64,000 nt of DNA from Myxococcota bacterium (lineage in GTDB: Bacteria; Myxococcota_A; UBA9160; PR03): assembly GCA_041611735.1 (NCBI GenBank), contig JBFIML010000001.1, forward strand, positions 64,001-128,000, written 5' to 3'. Under the pieces are notes generated by a model, which was not told the origin of the DNA, ran no database searches, and saw only the letters and a program-made list of their open reading frames with translations. Both the position numbers and the translations under genes were made by a program. The stretch's first letter is position 1, and each line of letters starts with the position of its first letter. Of the stretch, positions 1-10,396 are shown piece after piece.

Positions 1-1096
1 CGCGTGGCGCGAGCCCATGCCGCTCCAGGGCAGAGCGCAGGGCCCCGGCCAGGGCGTCGGCCTCCCCGGTCGGGTCGCCGCGCGAGCGCGCAACCTCCGC
101 CCGGCCCAATAGCTCCGCCTCCCGGGACGGCGCTCGTCGGGGGCGTCGGCGCCAGAGCGCTCGGGCCAGGACCGCGCCGAGGGCCAGGAGCACGGCCCCG
201 GCCGCCAGGACCCGGCGCCACCGGCCGCCGGCGCCGCCCGGCGCAAGGCGATCCGCCCTCGCTGGCGCAAGCTCGCCGTCCTCCGCCACGGGGGCTGCGT
301 CGCGCACCGTGAGCGCGAGGGCCGCCGTCTCCGCCACCGCGTAGTGGCCCCCGGCCGCATCGAGATAGGGCACGCGCAGCGCCGGGACCCGGAGCACCCC
401 CGCCTTGCGGGGGACCAGGTCGAAGCGGAACGAGCGCCGCACCACGAGGCGATCGCCCGCATCCAGGCTCGACGTCGGCGGATGGGCGAAGACCTCCGCC
501 CCTGGCAGCTCGGGCGGGTCACCCAGCGGTGGAGGGACCCGCCACACGTTGGCGGGCCCCCAGATCGTCACCGTGAAGGGCACCGACTCGCCCAGGGAGA
601 CCGCGCGGCGCGTCAGCGAGGCGCGCACCTCCACGGCGCCCACGATGCCCGCGAAGCCAGGCGGGCGACCGTGCTCCGGAAGCGCCTGCACGTCGAGGAC
701 CGCCTCGGGCACCTGGAAGGACGTCTCCCCGTCCTCGGTGACGCAGGCCATGCGCGCGCGCGGCGTGGTCAGGCGACCCGCTCGCGCCGGAAACAGGGCT
801 CGTCTCTCCTCGAAGACCAGCCGGTGCGCTCCGATGCCGGAGATGCGCGGGTCGGGCGAGCGGCCGGGCAGCCACTCGGCGCGCAGCGAGCGGAAGTCGA
901 GGGGGTCGATCCAGCGCACGTCCGCCACGTCCGCCCGGCGCAGGATGCGCAGCCGGTAGGTCACCTGCTGGCCCACGAAGGCCCGCAGCGGTTCGAGCTC
1001 GACGACGGCCTGGCAGGCCGCCGGCTCGGTCCCCCGGGCCGGCGCCGCCGCCACGGCCGCGAGCCCGAGCACGAGCGCGCGCACTCCGGTCCTCAC
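1..1096 (-). CDS. BatD-like exported protein (3' end runs off the window)
   Basis: Not in the ORF track. My translation from GTG 1096 (GTGA overlap with the upstream stop) gives MRTGVRALVLGLAAVAAAPARGTEPAACQAVVELEPLRAFVGQQVTYRLRI..., a signal peptide plus the BatD-type xVGQQVTY motif; it is the last visible gene of a MoxR/DUF58/vWA operon. Confidence 0.7.
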   Translation of the reverse strand, partial: MRTGVRALVLGLAAVAAAPARGTEPAACQAVVELEPLRAFVGQQVTYRLRILRRADVADVRWIDPLDFRSLRAEWLPGRSPDPRISGIGAHRLVFEERRALFPARAGRLTTPRARMACVTEDGETSFQVPEAVLDVQALPEHGRPPGFAGIVGAVEVRASLTRRAVSLGESVPFTVTIWGPANVWRVPPPLGDPPELPGAEVFAHPPTSSLDAGDRLVVRRSFRFDLVPRKAGVLRVPALRVPYLDAAGGHYAVAETAALALTVRDAAPVAEDGELAPARADRLAPGGAGGRWRRVLAAGAVLLALGAVLARALWRRRPRRAPSREAELLGRAEVARSRGDPTGEADALAGALRSALERHGLAPR

Positions 1097-2688
1097 CAGC
1101 CGGCGGGTCGCTGCGCCGCCGGTTGCTCCGGGAGCGTCCGGGCGGTGCGTCGGAGACCGCGCGCCGGGTCGTCCTCCACCGCCGCCAGCCAGCGCTTCAG
1201 CTCCTCGGCATCGAAGGCCGGGAGCTGCGGGTCCGGAGCCCGTCCCGGTGCCTCCGTGCGGGGCGGCTCGGACCCCTGCTCGGCCGCGGCCCGATCCGTC
1301 GCGAAAGGCACTTCAGTCGGCGCAGGCTGCTCCTCGAGCAGCTCCTCCTCGGTGGCTTCGTCGGTCTGGGCGGCGAGAGCGCGCAGCGTCCACTCCAGGT
1401 TGAAGCGTGCCGCGGCGTCCCGGGGTGCCAGGGCCAGGGCGTCGAAGAAGGCATCGCGGGCCTCCTCGAGCGCGCCGGTCTCCAGCAGAGCCACGCCGAG
1501 GTCGTAGTAGGCCAGGGCCGCGCGGTGCTCGGAGCGCGCGGTGAGGGCGGCAGCCAGGAACTTCCGCTGCGCCTCCTCCCAGCGACCGGCGTGGGCATGC
1601 CCCAGACCGAGTTCGAGGAGCACCCGCGCGCGCGGGTCCGCCGCGCCCGGGTCCGCGCCAGCCAGCGGCACCAGGACCAGGGCGAGCGCGGTCAGGGCCA
1701 CGCCACGCCGGGCGAGACGGCGATCCCGGAAGGGGCCCGCGAGCTCCAGGGCGAGCAGCGCCAGGGCCGCCGCCGCGAAGGGCGCCACCGGTCGGGCGGG
1801 AACCCGGCGCTCCACCACCTCCCCCGGCCGGGCGCCCGCGTCCCGCCGGATCTCGGCCACGCTGCGCTCGAGATCCACCACGCCCCAGGCGTCTGCCGCG
1901 AGGACGGCTCCCCCGGTTTTAGCGGCCAGCCGTCCGAGGCGAGCCAGGTCGCGTCGGGACACGACGACCTGCCCGGCACGGTCCCGGAGCGGGACCCCGG
2001 CGTCGGGAACCGGTGCGCCCGCCTCGCTACCGAAGGCGAGGGCGATCACGCGCGTCCGCGCCTGCGCGGCGTCCGCGATGCCGAGGTCCGAGGCATGGGC
2101 GGGATCCTCTCCGTCGCTCAGCACCACCAGGACGCGGGGCCGCTCGCTGTCCGGTCGGAAGGCGGCAACCCCCGCCCGAACCCCGTCCGCGAGATTCGAG
2201 CCGCCAGAGGGCATGAGCTCCGGATCCAGGGCCGGGAGCATCTCCAGCAAGGCGCCCCGGTCGGGAGTCAGGGGGGTGAGCAGAACCCCCCGGGTGGCGA
2301 AGGCCGCCAATGCGGCGCGATCGCCGGGGCGCAGGTGCCGCAGGACGTCCTCGGCCGCGCGCCGGGCGCGGGCCAGCCGGGTGGGCGGGACGTCGGCCGC
2401 CTCCATGCTGCGCGAGACGTCCAGGAGCAGCACCACGTCGGCCCCGGATGCGGGCACCCGAAGCGTGCGCTCCCCCATGCGCGGACCGAGCCAGGCCACG
2501 GCCAGCAGCGCGAGGGCGGCGACCGGGATGAGGTCCCGCACCAGGGAGGACGGACCCGGCAGGGTGGTCCCGAGCAGGTTGCGAGCGCGCCGGCGGGCGA
2601 GGAGCCAGCCGCCGAGCACCCAGATCGCGGCCAGGGCCACGGCGACTGCACACGGCACCAGCCACTCGGGGCGTGCCAGGTCGCTCAT
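1093..2688 (-). CDS. vWA domain + TPR protein (BatB-BatC-like fusion)
   Basis: C-terminal part of ORF 1093..3690 from MSDLARPEWL; N-terminal TM helices, MIDAS DVSRS, LSDGE, then TM and TPR-like helices (AYYDLGVALL...ARFNLE). Confidence 0.85.
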   Translation of the reverse strand: MSDLARPEWLVPCAVAVALAAIWVLGGWLLARRRARNLLGTTLPGPSSLVRDLIPVAALALLAVAWLGPRMGERTLRVPASGADVVLLLDVSRSMEAADVPPTRLARARRAAEDVLRHLRPGDRAALAAFATRGVLLTPLTPDRGALLEMLPALDPELMPSGGSNLADGVRAGVAAFRPDSERPRVLVVLSDGEDPAHASDLGIADAAQARTRVIALAFGSEAGAPVPDAGVPLRDRAGQVVVSRRDLARLGRLAAKTGGAVLAADAWGVVDLERSVAEIRRDAGARPGEVVERRVPARPVAPFAAAALALLALELAGPFRDRRLARRGVALTALALVLVPLAGADPGAADPRARVLLELGLGHAHAGRWEEAQRKFLAAALTARSEHRAALAYYDLGVALLETGALEEARDAFFDALALAPRDAAARFNLEWTLRALAAQTDEATEEELLEEQPAPTEVPFATDRAAAEQGSEPPRTEAPGRAPDPQLPAFDAEELKRWLAAVEDDPARGLRRTARTLPEQPAAQRPAGW

Positions 2689-3752
2689 GGGAGCCGCCTT
2701 CGCGGCCCTCGCAAGGTCGCCAGCTCGACGACCACCAGCAGGCCCGCCAGGGCCAGCCAGGGCTCCAGCCGCGCCTCCCGTCGCTCGGCGGGGCGCAAGC
2801 GGCGGGGGACGCGCTCCAAGGCGTCTATCTCCGCGTACACCGCCTCCAGGTCGCGGCTGCGTCGCGCCAGGAAGAAGCGGCCTCCGCTGGCGCCGGCCAG
2901 CAGACGCAGGGCATCGGCGTCGAGGTCGTGGCGTTCGAGCCGGACCGCCTGGCTCGCAGCGCCGCCGGCGCGTCCCACGGCCACCTCGCCCTCGGAGCCG
3001 ATGCCCACCGTGTGCACCCGCACGCGCGCAGCTCGCGTCAGGGCAGCGGCCACGTCGAGCGGCACCGCCCCGGCGTTGCTGCGACCGTCGCTCAGCACCA
3101 CGACCACGCGACCTGCGCTCGGGCGGGGCGGAGCGTCCGGATCGGTCGCGCCCCCCACGCGGCGCACGGCGAGGGCGAGGGCGTCGCCGAGCGCCGTCGC
3201 CTCCCCGGCCATCCCCGCCTCGATGCGCTCGAGCGCCGCGGCCAGCAGCTCCCCGTCGCTGGTGAGGGGGCACTGGGTGAACGCGTGCTGTCCGAACACC
3301 ACGAGTCCCACCCGGTCTCCCTCCGCCACACGATGGCGGGCGAAGCGCGCCACGACCTCCCGGGCGAGATCGAGGCGCGTTCGCCAGAGCCCCGCCACCT
3401 CCGCATCGATGGCACGCATGCTCCCGGACGCGTCGACGACGAGCACCAGGTCGAGCCCTTCGCCCGGGGAGCGGGGCGCCGAGTGAAGCACCACCGGGCC
3501 GGCCAGGGCGAGTCCCAGGAGCGCCAGCGCTCCGGTCCGCAGCACCAGCCCGAGCAGGCGCAGTGCGTCGCGGGGGGCGCCGCCTGCCGAGCGCGCCTCG
3601 GGCCAGGCCGGCCAGGGCAGCGCTGGCGGCGTGCGCCGCAGTGCGGCGAGCCCGGCGACGACGGCGATCGCCAGGCCGAGCCCCACCCACGCCGGCTGCT
3701 CCAGGGCGTCGAAAGCGAGCCAGCCGCGCAGCGATGCCAGCGCGTCGCTCAC
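2685..3752 (-). CDS. vWA domain protein (BatA-like)
   Basis: From GTG 3752 (VSDALASLRG); MIDAS DASGSM, GLVVFG, TALGDAL, LSDGRSNAG, HTVGIG, C-terminal TM. Confidence 0.88.
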   Translation of the reverse strand: MSDALASLRGWLAFDALEQPAWVGLGLAIAVVAGLAALRRTPPALPWPAWPEARSAGGAPRDALRLLGLVLRTGALALLGLALAGPVVLHSAPRSPGEGLDLVLVVDASGSMRAIDAEVAGLWRTRLDLAREVVARFARHRVAEGDRVGLVVFGQHAFTQCPLTSDGELLAAALERIEAGMAGEATALGDALALAVRRVGGATDPDAPPRPSAGRVVVVLSDGRSNAGAVPLDVAAALTRAARVRVHTVGIGSEGEVAVGRAGGAASQAVRLERHDLDADALRLLAGASGGRFFLARRSRDLEAVYAEIDALERVPRRLRPAERREARLEPWLALAGLLVVVELATLRGPRRRLP

Positions 3753-4717
3753 GGGTGCACCTCCTGGGGCCTGGTCTCCCGGGCGAAGCGCGCCGCTGCG
3801 TCGATCGCCTGGCGAGCCCGGCGCTCCGCCCGAGGATCCGTCTCCACGGCCTCCGGGGCCCGGAAGCGGGCCCGGTCGAGCTCGCGCAGGACTTCCACCA
3901 GACCCTGCCAGCGGGTGGCCAGGACCCTCGGAGTCCGGGCCGCGGCCAGCTCCTCGGTGGTGTGGGCGCCGAGTTCGAGCCCGAAGCGGCACACCACGTA
4001 ACGGCGCAGGACGACGGCCGTGTCCGCGGCGGCCTGCGCCGGCTCGCGAGCTCCCCGCTGGCAGGCGGCGTCGAGATCGGCGCAGGCCTCGCGCCAGGCG
4101 GAGACCGGGTCCGCAGCCTGCGTCGACGCCTCGTGCCTCGCGGTGTGAACCAGGCCGGAGCGACGCCAGCGGGCCACCGCCGCCACGGCGGCGAGTGCGA
4201 GGAGGGCGCCTCCCGCGGCTGCTCCGGCGAGCGGGCGCCAGCCCGCCGGCGCGGGCAGCTCCCGCAGCGGGTAGGGCGTCTGGCGAGGCGGTGACTCCGC
4301 CTGGGACGTCACCACTCGCAGCGCGACCGGCTCGGTCACGAGGGTCGTGTGCACTTCCTCGGGTCCCTCCACCTGGATGCGCAGGGCCGGCCACTGGAAC
4401 TCCCCCAACTCCTGGGTGCGGATGCGGATCCCGGCGCGGTGCAGCCAACGTTCGGGCCGGCGCTCGAGCACCGGGGCTTCCCAGTCGAGCACCCAGATGC
4501 CGGGCACCGCCCGCGGCGGCACGAGAGGCGCCACCTGATGGTCCGGCGGCGTCACCACCGCCACCTCGAGGCGCGCCACCTGACCGAGCAGCAGGGTCGA
4601 GGGCTCGAGCACCACCGTGGCGCGCGGCAGGGGAGCCACCACCTCGTCGCTCGGGGGTGCGGGCGGGCCACAGCCCGCCAGGAGCAGCCCCGCGCCCAGC
4701 GGGATCCACGCCCTCAT
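3749..4717 (-). CDS. Putative lipoprotein/membrane protein of the MoxR-Bat operon
   Basis: MRAWIPLGAGLLLAGC lipobox, beta-rich domain, central TM helix, C-terminal TTEEL helical domain; ATGA/GTGA overlaps on both sides. Confidence 0.7.
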   Translation of the reverse strand: MRAWIPLGAGLLLAGCGPPAPPSDEVVAPLPRATVVLEPSTLLLGQVARLEVAVVTPPDHQVAPLVPPRAVPGIWVLDWEAPVLERRPERWLHRAGIRIRTQELGEFQWPALRIQVEGPEEVHTTLVTEPVALRVVTSQAESPPRQTPYPLRELPAPAGWRPLAGAAAGGALLALAAVAAVARWRRSGLVHTARHEASTQAADPVSAWREACADLDAACQRGAREPAQAAADTAVVLRRYVVCRFGLELGAHTTEELAAARTPRVLATRWQGLVEVLRELDRARFRAPEAVETDPRAERRARQAIDAAARFARETRPQEVHP

Positions 4718-5661
4718 CGGGCCCGTCTCGGCGTCAGGGCTGCGCGTTCGCGGAAGAAGTGCGTCAAGGCATGCAGCGGTTCCGAGCGGGTGGACATCCA
4801 GAGCGGCTCGACGCCGTGGCTGCGCAGGAGGCGGTCGAGGGTGCGGTGACGCTCGAGCGCCGCCGCGGCGTAACGCTCCCGCGCCGCGCGGCCGGTGGCC
4901 AGCACGAGCCGCCGCCGCGGCCGCTCTGGATCCGCCAGGCGCACGACGCCCGCTGGCGGGAGCGCCCGCTCGCGCGGATCCTCGGGCACCACGGCCACCA
5001 CGTCGTGCCGGCGTGCGAGCGCCGCCAGGCGGGCGCGCAGTCGCTGCGCTGCTGGTTCGGTCCCCGTTACGGACTCGTCGCGCAGGTCCGAGATCAGCAC
5101 GAAGACCGCGTGTCGTCGCGCCCGAACGCGCGCCCACTCGAGCACCGGTGCCAGACGCGTCCCCCCGCCGCTGGCGGCTGCGGCGGCCACGGCGGCCCGA
5201 ATGACGCGCCAGGTGTGCGCCTCGCCTCGGCCGGGGCGCACCTCGGCGACCGGGGCGTCCGCGAAGGCCAGCAGCCCGATCCGGTCTCCGGCGCGCCCCG
5301 CCGCCGCGGCCAGCAGGGCCACGGCGTGGGCCGCCCGTGCCGCCTTGCTGCGCCCGGCGCTGCCGAAGCGCATGGAAGCGGAGGCATCCATGGCGATCAG
5401 CACGGTCTGGGAGCGCTCCTCGCGAAAGCGCTTCACCCAGGGCTCGCCGGTGCGGGCGGTGGCGTTCCAGTCCAGGAAACGCACGTCGTCCCCGGGTGCG
5501 TAGGGACGCGACTCCTCGAACTCGATGCCGCCGCCGCGGAAAGCGCTGGTGTAACCGCCCGCCAGCAGGTTCGTGGCCTCGCGCCGGCTCCGCACGCGCA
5601 GCACCCTCGCCGCGCGCGCGATCTCCCGCAGCGAGACGTCGGGCAGGGGGGTCGGATCCAT
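4714..5661 (-). CDS. DUF58 family protein
   Basis: SAFRGGGIEFEESRPYAPGDDVRFLDWNATAR, DASASM, ISD motifs; follows MoxR. Confidence 0.92.
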   Translation of the reverse strand: MDPTPLPDVSLREIARAARVLRVRSRREATNLLAGGYTSAFRGGGIEFEESRPYAPGDDVRFLDWNATARTGEPWVKRFREERSQTVLIAMDASASMRFGSAGRSKAARAAHAVALLAAAAGRAGDRIGLLAFADAPVAEVRPGRGEAHTWRVIRAAVAAAAASGGGTRLAPVLEWARVRARRHAVFVLISDLRDESVTGTEPAAQRLRARLAALARRHDVVAVVPEDPRERALPPAGVVRLADPERPRRRLVLATGRAARERYAAAALERHRTLDRLLRSHGVEPLWMSTRSEPLHALTHFFRERAALTPRRAR

Positions 5662-5670
5662 GGAAGCTTC

Positions 5671-6639
5671 CTAGGGCGTCTCGACCGCGGCCAGCACGGC
5701 TTTCACCACGTCATCCGGGCGCAAGCCGTCCGCCTCCGCCTCGTACCCGAGCAGGACGCGGTGGCGGAGCACGTCGGGCGCCACGCGCTTCACATCGTGG
5801 GGGTTCGCGTAGTCCCGTTCGTCCAGGAGCGCCCGGGCCCGTGCGGCACGCACCAGGAAGAGCGAGGCCCGGGGAGACGCCCCGGTGGCCACCGGGGCCG
5901 CTCCCGCCTCGAGACGCGCCAGCCGGGCCCCCGCCTTCAGCGGGTCCCGGGTGGCCCGCACCAGACGCACCGCGTAGTCGGCGACGGCCGGCGCCACGTA
6001 CACGCGGGCCGTGCGCTCCTGCAGCGCGACCATCCGCTCGGCGTCGGTCACCGGCTGCACGTGCGTTGGTCCCGCGGCGTCGCGATCCACGATCTCGAGC
6101 TCCTCCTCCAGGGAGGGATAGTTCACCACGAGCTTGAGCAGGAAGCGGTCGATCTGGGCCTCCGGCAGCGGATAGGTCCCCTCCAGCTCGATCGGGTTCT
6201 GGGTGGCCATCACGAAGAAGGGGCGCGGCAGCGGGAAGGTCTCGTCACCGATGGTGGCCTGCCGCTCCTCCATGGCCTCGAGCAGGGCCGACTGCACCTT
6301 GGCCGGCGCGCGATTGATCTCGTCCGCCAGCAGCACCGGGGTGAAGATCGGGCCCCGGTGCACCGCGAAGCGGCGCTCGTCGGGCAGGTAGATCGGGGTC
6401 CCGAGCAGGTCGCCGGGCAACAGATCCGGTGTGAACTGGATGCGCCGGAAGCCGAGCCCGAGGGCCTCGGCGAGGGTACGCACGGCAGTGGTCTTGGCGA
6501 GCCCTGGCACCCCCTCCACGAGCACGTGTCCCCCGGACAGCAGGCCGATCAGGAGCCCCTCCAGCAGGTCGCGCTGACCCACCAGGACACGGCCCACCTC
6601 GTCCAGCAGACGCTTCACGGTCGCCTCGTCGGCGCTCAT
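5671..6639 (-). CDS. moxR: MoxR family AAA+ ATPase
   Basis: Walker [21 protein letters not shown], Walker [16 protein letters not shown]...[10 protein letters not shown]. Confidence 0.95.
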   Translation of the reverse strand: MSADEATVKRLLDEVGRVLVGQRDLLEGLLIGLLSGGHVLVEGVPGLAKTTAVRTLAEALGLGFRRIQFTPDLLPGDLLGTPIYLPDERRFAVHRGPIFTPVLLADEINRAPAKVQSALLEAMEERQATIGDETFPLPRPFFVMATQNPIELEGTYPLPEAQIDRFLLKLVVNYPSLEEELEIVDRDAAGPTHVQPVTDAERMVALQERTARVYVAPAVADYAVRLVRATRDPLKAGARLARLEAGAAPVATGASPRASLFLVRAARARALLDERDYANPHDVKRVAPDVLRHRVLLGYEAEADGLRPDDVVKAVLAAVETP

Positions 6640-7142
6640 GGTCCGGCGCTCCGGCGCCGGCGGGCGACCCGCTCCAGCAAGGCGGTGGTTCGCACCCCCG
6701 GCACCTGACGCAGCCGTACGACGCGGCCGCCCCGCTTCTCCACCTGCTCGCGCCCCACGATGGCGTCGAGGCGCCAGTCGCCGCCCTTGGCCAGCACGTC
6801 CGGCTGCAGCGCGCGGATCAGGGCCAGCGGAGTCGACTCGGGAAACACGACGACCCAGTCCACGCAGCTCAATGCCGCCAGCACCTCGGCGCGCTGACGC
6901 GCGGGCACCAGCGGACGCTCGGGCCCCTTGAGACGCCGCACGCTGGCGTCGCTGTTGACCGCCACCAGCAGGCGGTCGCCCAGGGAGCGGGCCTGCTCGA
7001 GGCTGCGCACGTGACCCAGGTGGAGCAGATCGAAGCAGCCGTTGGTGAACACGATGCGCTCGCCGCGGCGCCGGGCAGCGCGGACGGCCCGCCGCGCGGC
7101 GGTTCGTGAGAGCACGCGGCTTCGGGCCGGGGCCCGCGTCAC
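6636..7142 (-). CDS. rfaE2: D-glycero-beta-D-manno-heptose 1-phosphate adenylyltransferase (stand-alone RfaE domain II)
   Basis: [36 protein letters not shown] 7142 overlaps the upstream TGA. Confidence 0.9.
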   Translation of the reverse strand: MTRAPARSRVLSRTAARRAVRAARRRGERIVFTNGCFDLLHLGHVRSLEQARSLGDRLLVAVNSDASVRRLKGPERPLVPARQRAEVLAALSCVDWVVVFPESTPLALIRALQPDVLAKGGDWRLDAIVGREQVEKRGGRVVRLRQVPGVRTTALLERVARRRRSAGP

Positions 7143-9817
7143 GAGGGGCCGCCGCCGGAGCGCAGCAGTCCGCCCACGAGACCCTGGATGCGGTCGAGCC
7201 CGCCGCGCACGAAGGAGGGCACCCCCTCCAGGAGCAGGCTCGCGGGGCCAGTGGCCAGGGACTTGGAGGCGATCAGGTTCGCCTGGGGCGACTCCCAGGG
7301 TCCGGTGAGCGCGAAGTAGCCCGAGACCAGGTTCTGGTCGGGGCCGAGCAGCAGCCGGTTCAGGACCGGAACCTTCCCGATCATCGTATCCAGTATGGGG
7401 AAGAAGAAGATGCCCACCACGGCCTCCATCTCGTGCGGCGGCTCGACCACGTCCACGCGCCCGGTCGCCACCATGCGAAGCGCTGGTCCGTCCAGGGTGA
7501 GCGAATCGGCTTCGAGCCGCCCTCCCGCCAGGCGCAACTCCGCATCGAGGGCCTCGTAGGGCAGCGTCTCCCGGGCCTGGAAAGGGTTCACCGCCTCGCC
7601 CGCCGTCGCAATCGCGATCACCGCCGGCAGGCGGCGGCGCACCTCCCCATTGCGCGCGTGAAAGGAGATCGGCCCTTCCGCGCCCTCGAGCAGCTTGCGA
7701 CCGGCAACCAGCCCCCCGCGCAGATAGGCGCCCCCCACCACCTGGCCCGTGACCCCGTCGGGCGGCAGCTTCAGCCCCTCGGCCAGGGCGACGATGGGAG
7801 CGCCCTGCACCTGGAGGCGGACCTCGAAGGGCACTCGGCTCGCCTCCGAGAGGTCGAGCAGCAGGTCGCCCTCGGCGAGTCCCTCCGGTGCCAGGGTGAG
7901 GCGTGCGTCGTGCAGCTCGAGGCGGGACGCGGAGCCGCGGAAGCGGCCCTCGAGCTGCCGCACCGGGAAGCCGCCGAGGCTCTGCAGCTGCGCCACCACG
8001 CGTCCCCGTCCCCAGACCGAGCGCTCGTGGACCGCGCGGGGCGCGCCGTCCGGAGCCGCAGCCTCCAGGGTGACGGCCACGCGTCCGGGAGCGGCGCCGC
8101 CGATGCTTCCCTGACCCTGCACGGGGATCCCCCCCCAGCGCGCCTGCGCCAGGCGCACCGACACTCCGGCCTCGGCCGGCTCGATGCGTGCCCGCAGGTC
8201 GGAGAGTGGCCAGGGCAGCGCCGGGTGGTCGAGCCACTCCGCATCGACGTCCACGTGGGACCAGCTCGGACTGCTGCCGGGTCGGCGCTGGGCGGCGATC
8301 CAGTCCCACAGCGGCTTCCGGCCCGGGAGGGGGGAGCGGGCGGGTGCGGTCTTGGGGCGCCGAGCGCCTCGCAGGTGCTCGAGCCCGACCACCCGCAGGT
8401 CGAGGCGCGGCAGCGGGCTGCCGGCCAGCACCCCCACCGCGTCTCGGATCTCCAGGCGCTGCGGGTTCCACGCCAGCCCTCCGGAGAGGTCGGTGAGGGT
8501 GCTCCCGCCCGGAAGCCGCAAGGTGGCGCCGACCAGCTCGAGTTCGATGCCGAGCCCGGCCGGCCAGGCGAGCGGGTCTCCCGCAAGGCGGCGCCAGTCG
8601 GCCAGTGACGCGCCGCGGCAGACCATCGTCAGGGACGCCACGCGACCCGCGTCGAGGCCCGCCGCCACGTCCCCCAGCGCATTGGATCCGGCCGGCAGGA
8701 GCGACTCCACCAGGGAACCCGCACGGGCCAGGGAGAGGTCGCGCCCGTCGAGGACGAAGTCCGTGCGCGATGCCTCGCCAAGCGGAAGTCCCAGGGAGCC
8801 CCGGGCGCGCAGTTCTCCGCCACCGGTCGCCAGCCGCAGTCGGGTGATGCCCAAGCGCTCCGGCTCCGCCCGGGCATCCAGCTCGAGGCGCGCCGTCCGG
8901 GTTCGGAGCCGCAGGGGTCGATCTCCGGGCGCCGCGTCCAGCTCCAGGGGCCGCGCCTCCAGCTCGACCGCCAGGCGCTGCTCGGACTCCGCGTGGGAGC
9001 TCCAGCGCAGCCAGCCGTTCGCCCGGCCCGTGACGCGACGGAGCGGGACCCAGCGGGCGGCGAGCTGCTGGAGCACCGCCAGGTCCGCCTCCTCCAGCTC
9101 GAGCGTGAGCTCGGCGTTGCCGGAGCGGCGCAGCTCCGCCTCGACCCCCAGGTTCCCTCCCGAAGCTGCGGCCTCCCCCAGGCGGGCCTCTGCCCGCAGC
9201 CAGAGCCCACGGCCGAAGGGACGCTGTCCGAAGCGGGCGCGGACCTCGGTCAGGGCGAGCGGCTCCCGGGCCGATCGGGCGTCGGGCGCCCCGCCGAGCC
9301 AGCGCAGCTCCGCGTCCTCGATGCGGACCGACGGCACCGTGGGAGGGATCCGCAGCGCCAGCCGGGCCGCCTCTCCGAGCCACTCGCCCACCTCGGGCTG
9401 CTGCTCCACGCGCTCCGGAGTGCCGGCGAGCCGGGCCAGGGCGGGCGGAAGCCACTCTCCCGTCTCGGTCCGCGCCACCCGGACGCGGACCCCGGAAAGC
9501 TCCACCCAGCGCGGGTCGAGGCGCCCGAGGAGCAGGCTTCCCAGGTCTATGGTCACGCTGGCGCGGTCGACCTCGATCCCCGGACCCTCGGCCTCGGCTC
9601 CCGAGCGGAGGGTCCGGGCCTCCAGGCCGACGGTGGGCAGGAGGACCGGCCTCACCTGCCCCACCTCGACGGGGACGCCCAGCCACACCCCGAGCCGGGT
9701 CTCCACCTCGGAGCGCAGCCGCTCCGGGGCGAGCCGGTTCAGGACGCGGTAGCCCCCGGCCAGGACGGCCACCGCGAGCAGGACAAGGACCAGGATCAGG
9801 AGGCGGGCGCGCCGCAC
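7139..9817 (-). CDS. AsmA/YhdP-like membrane-anchored envelope protein
   Basis: 892 aa, single N-terminal TM, long alternating beta-strand pattern, AsmA_2-like C-terminus ([13 protein letters not shown]...[11 protein letters not shown]). Confidence 0.75.
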   Translation of the reverse strand: MRRARLLILVLVLLAVAVLAGGYRVLNRLAPERLRSEVETRLGVWLGVPVEVGQVRPVLLPTVGLEARTLRSGAEAEGPGIEVDRASVTIDLGSLLLGRLDPRWVELSGVRVRVARTETGEWLPPALARLAGTPERVEQQPEVGEWLGEAARLALRIPPTVPSVRIEDAELRWLGGAPDARSAREPLALTEVRARFGQRPFGRGLWLRAEARLGEAAASGGNLGVEAELRRSGNAELTLELEEADLAVLQQLAARWVPLRRVTGRANGWLRWSSHAESEQRLAVELEARPLELDAAPGDRPLRLRTRTARLELDARAEPERLGITRLRLATGGGELRARGSLGLPLGEASRTDFVLDGRDLSLARAGSLVESLLPAGSNALGDVAAGLDAGRVASLTMVCRGASLADWRRLAGDPLAWPAGLGIELELVGATLRLPGGSTLTDLSGGLAWNPQRLEIRDAVGVLAGSPLPRLDLRVVGLEHLRGARRPKTAPARSPLPGRKPLWDWIAAQRRPGSSPSWSHVDVDAEWLDHPALPWPLSDLRARIEPAEAGVSVRLAQARWGGIPVQGQGSIGGAAPGRVAVTLEAAAPDGAPRAVHERSVWGRGRVVAQLQSLGGFPVRQLEGRFRGSASRLELHDARLTLAPEGLAEGDLLLDLSEASRVPFEVRLQVQGAPIVALAEGLKLPPDGVTGQVVGGAYLRGGLVAGRKLLEGAEGPISFHARNGEVRRRLPAVIAIATAGEAVNPFQARETLPYEALDAELRLAGGRLEADSLTLDGPALRMVATGRVDVVEPPHEMEAVVGIFFFPILDTMIGKVPVLNRLLLGPDQNLVSGYFALTGPWESPQANLIASKSLATGPASLLLEGVPSFVRGGLDRIQGLVGGLLRSGGGPS

Positions 9818-10096
9818 GAAGCTCCCACGGCGAATCTAGCCCTCGGCCTCGCCCCCGTCGCCGCCCGTCTTGCCGGTCCGCGATCCGTAGCTGTGCCTCC
9901 CTGATGCGAAGTTAGGGGCCGGGAGCCCGCGCGCGCGGGTCCCATCCCCTTCCGCCTTCTCGGGGATCTCCCCGCCCCTCGGCCTCGCGACCCAACCGCC
10001 GATTATTGCTCAAGAAATCCCGCCGTCGGACGAACCACACGGAGCAAGCGCGAACGGTCGCGGCAAGGGCCGGTCTGGCGGAGGGAGTGCGACGGC

Positions 10097-10354
10097 ATGG
10101 AAACCAAGGGGCAGGCGCGGGCGCGCAGGAACCGCGTTCGGGAGCTGCGGGAGAACCGGCTCATGACCCAGGCGCAGCTCGCGCGCAAGGCGAAGGTTGC
10201 GCTCCGCACCATCCACAGCGTCGAGAAGGGCATGAACTGCCGCATGGACACGAAGCGCAAGATCCTGCTGGCCCTGGGCATGCGCTTCGAGGACAAGGAC
10301 TACGTGTTCCCGCCCGAGTCCGCCACCGAATCCTTCGCGCCGACGGCCCACTAG
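10097..10354 (+). CDS. Small XRE-family HTH transcriptional regulator
   Basis: NRVRELRENRLMTQAQLARKAKVALRTIHSVEKG HTH_3 pattern; SD GGAGGGAG upstream. Confidence 0.88.
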   Translation: METKGQARARRNRVRELRENRLMTQAQLARKAKVALRTIHSVEKGMNCRMDTKRKILLALGMRFEDKDYVFPPESATESFAPTAH

Positions 10355-10396
10355 CTCCCCACGGAAGCCTCCTCCTTCTCGGGTAACATCTCCCGC

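Noticed and set aside
9840-9988. 13-bp direct repeat CCCTCGGCCTCGC (9840 and 9976)
   Set aside because: Low-complexity GC-rich word that is plausible by chance; no supporting element.
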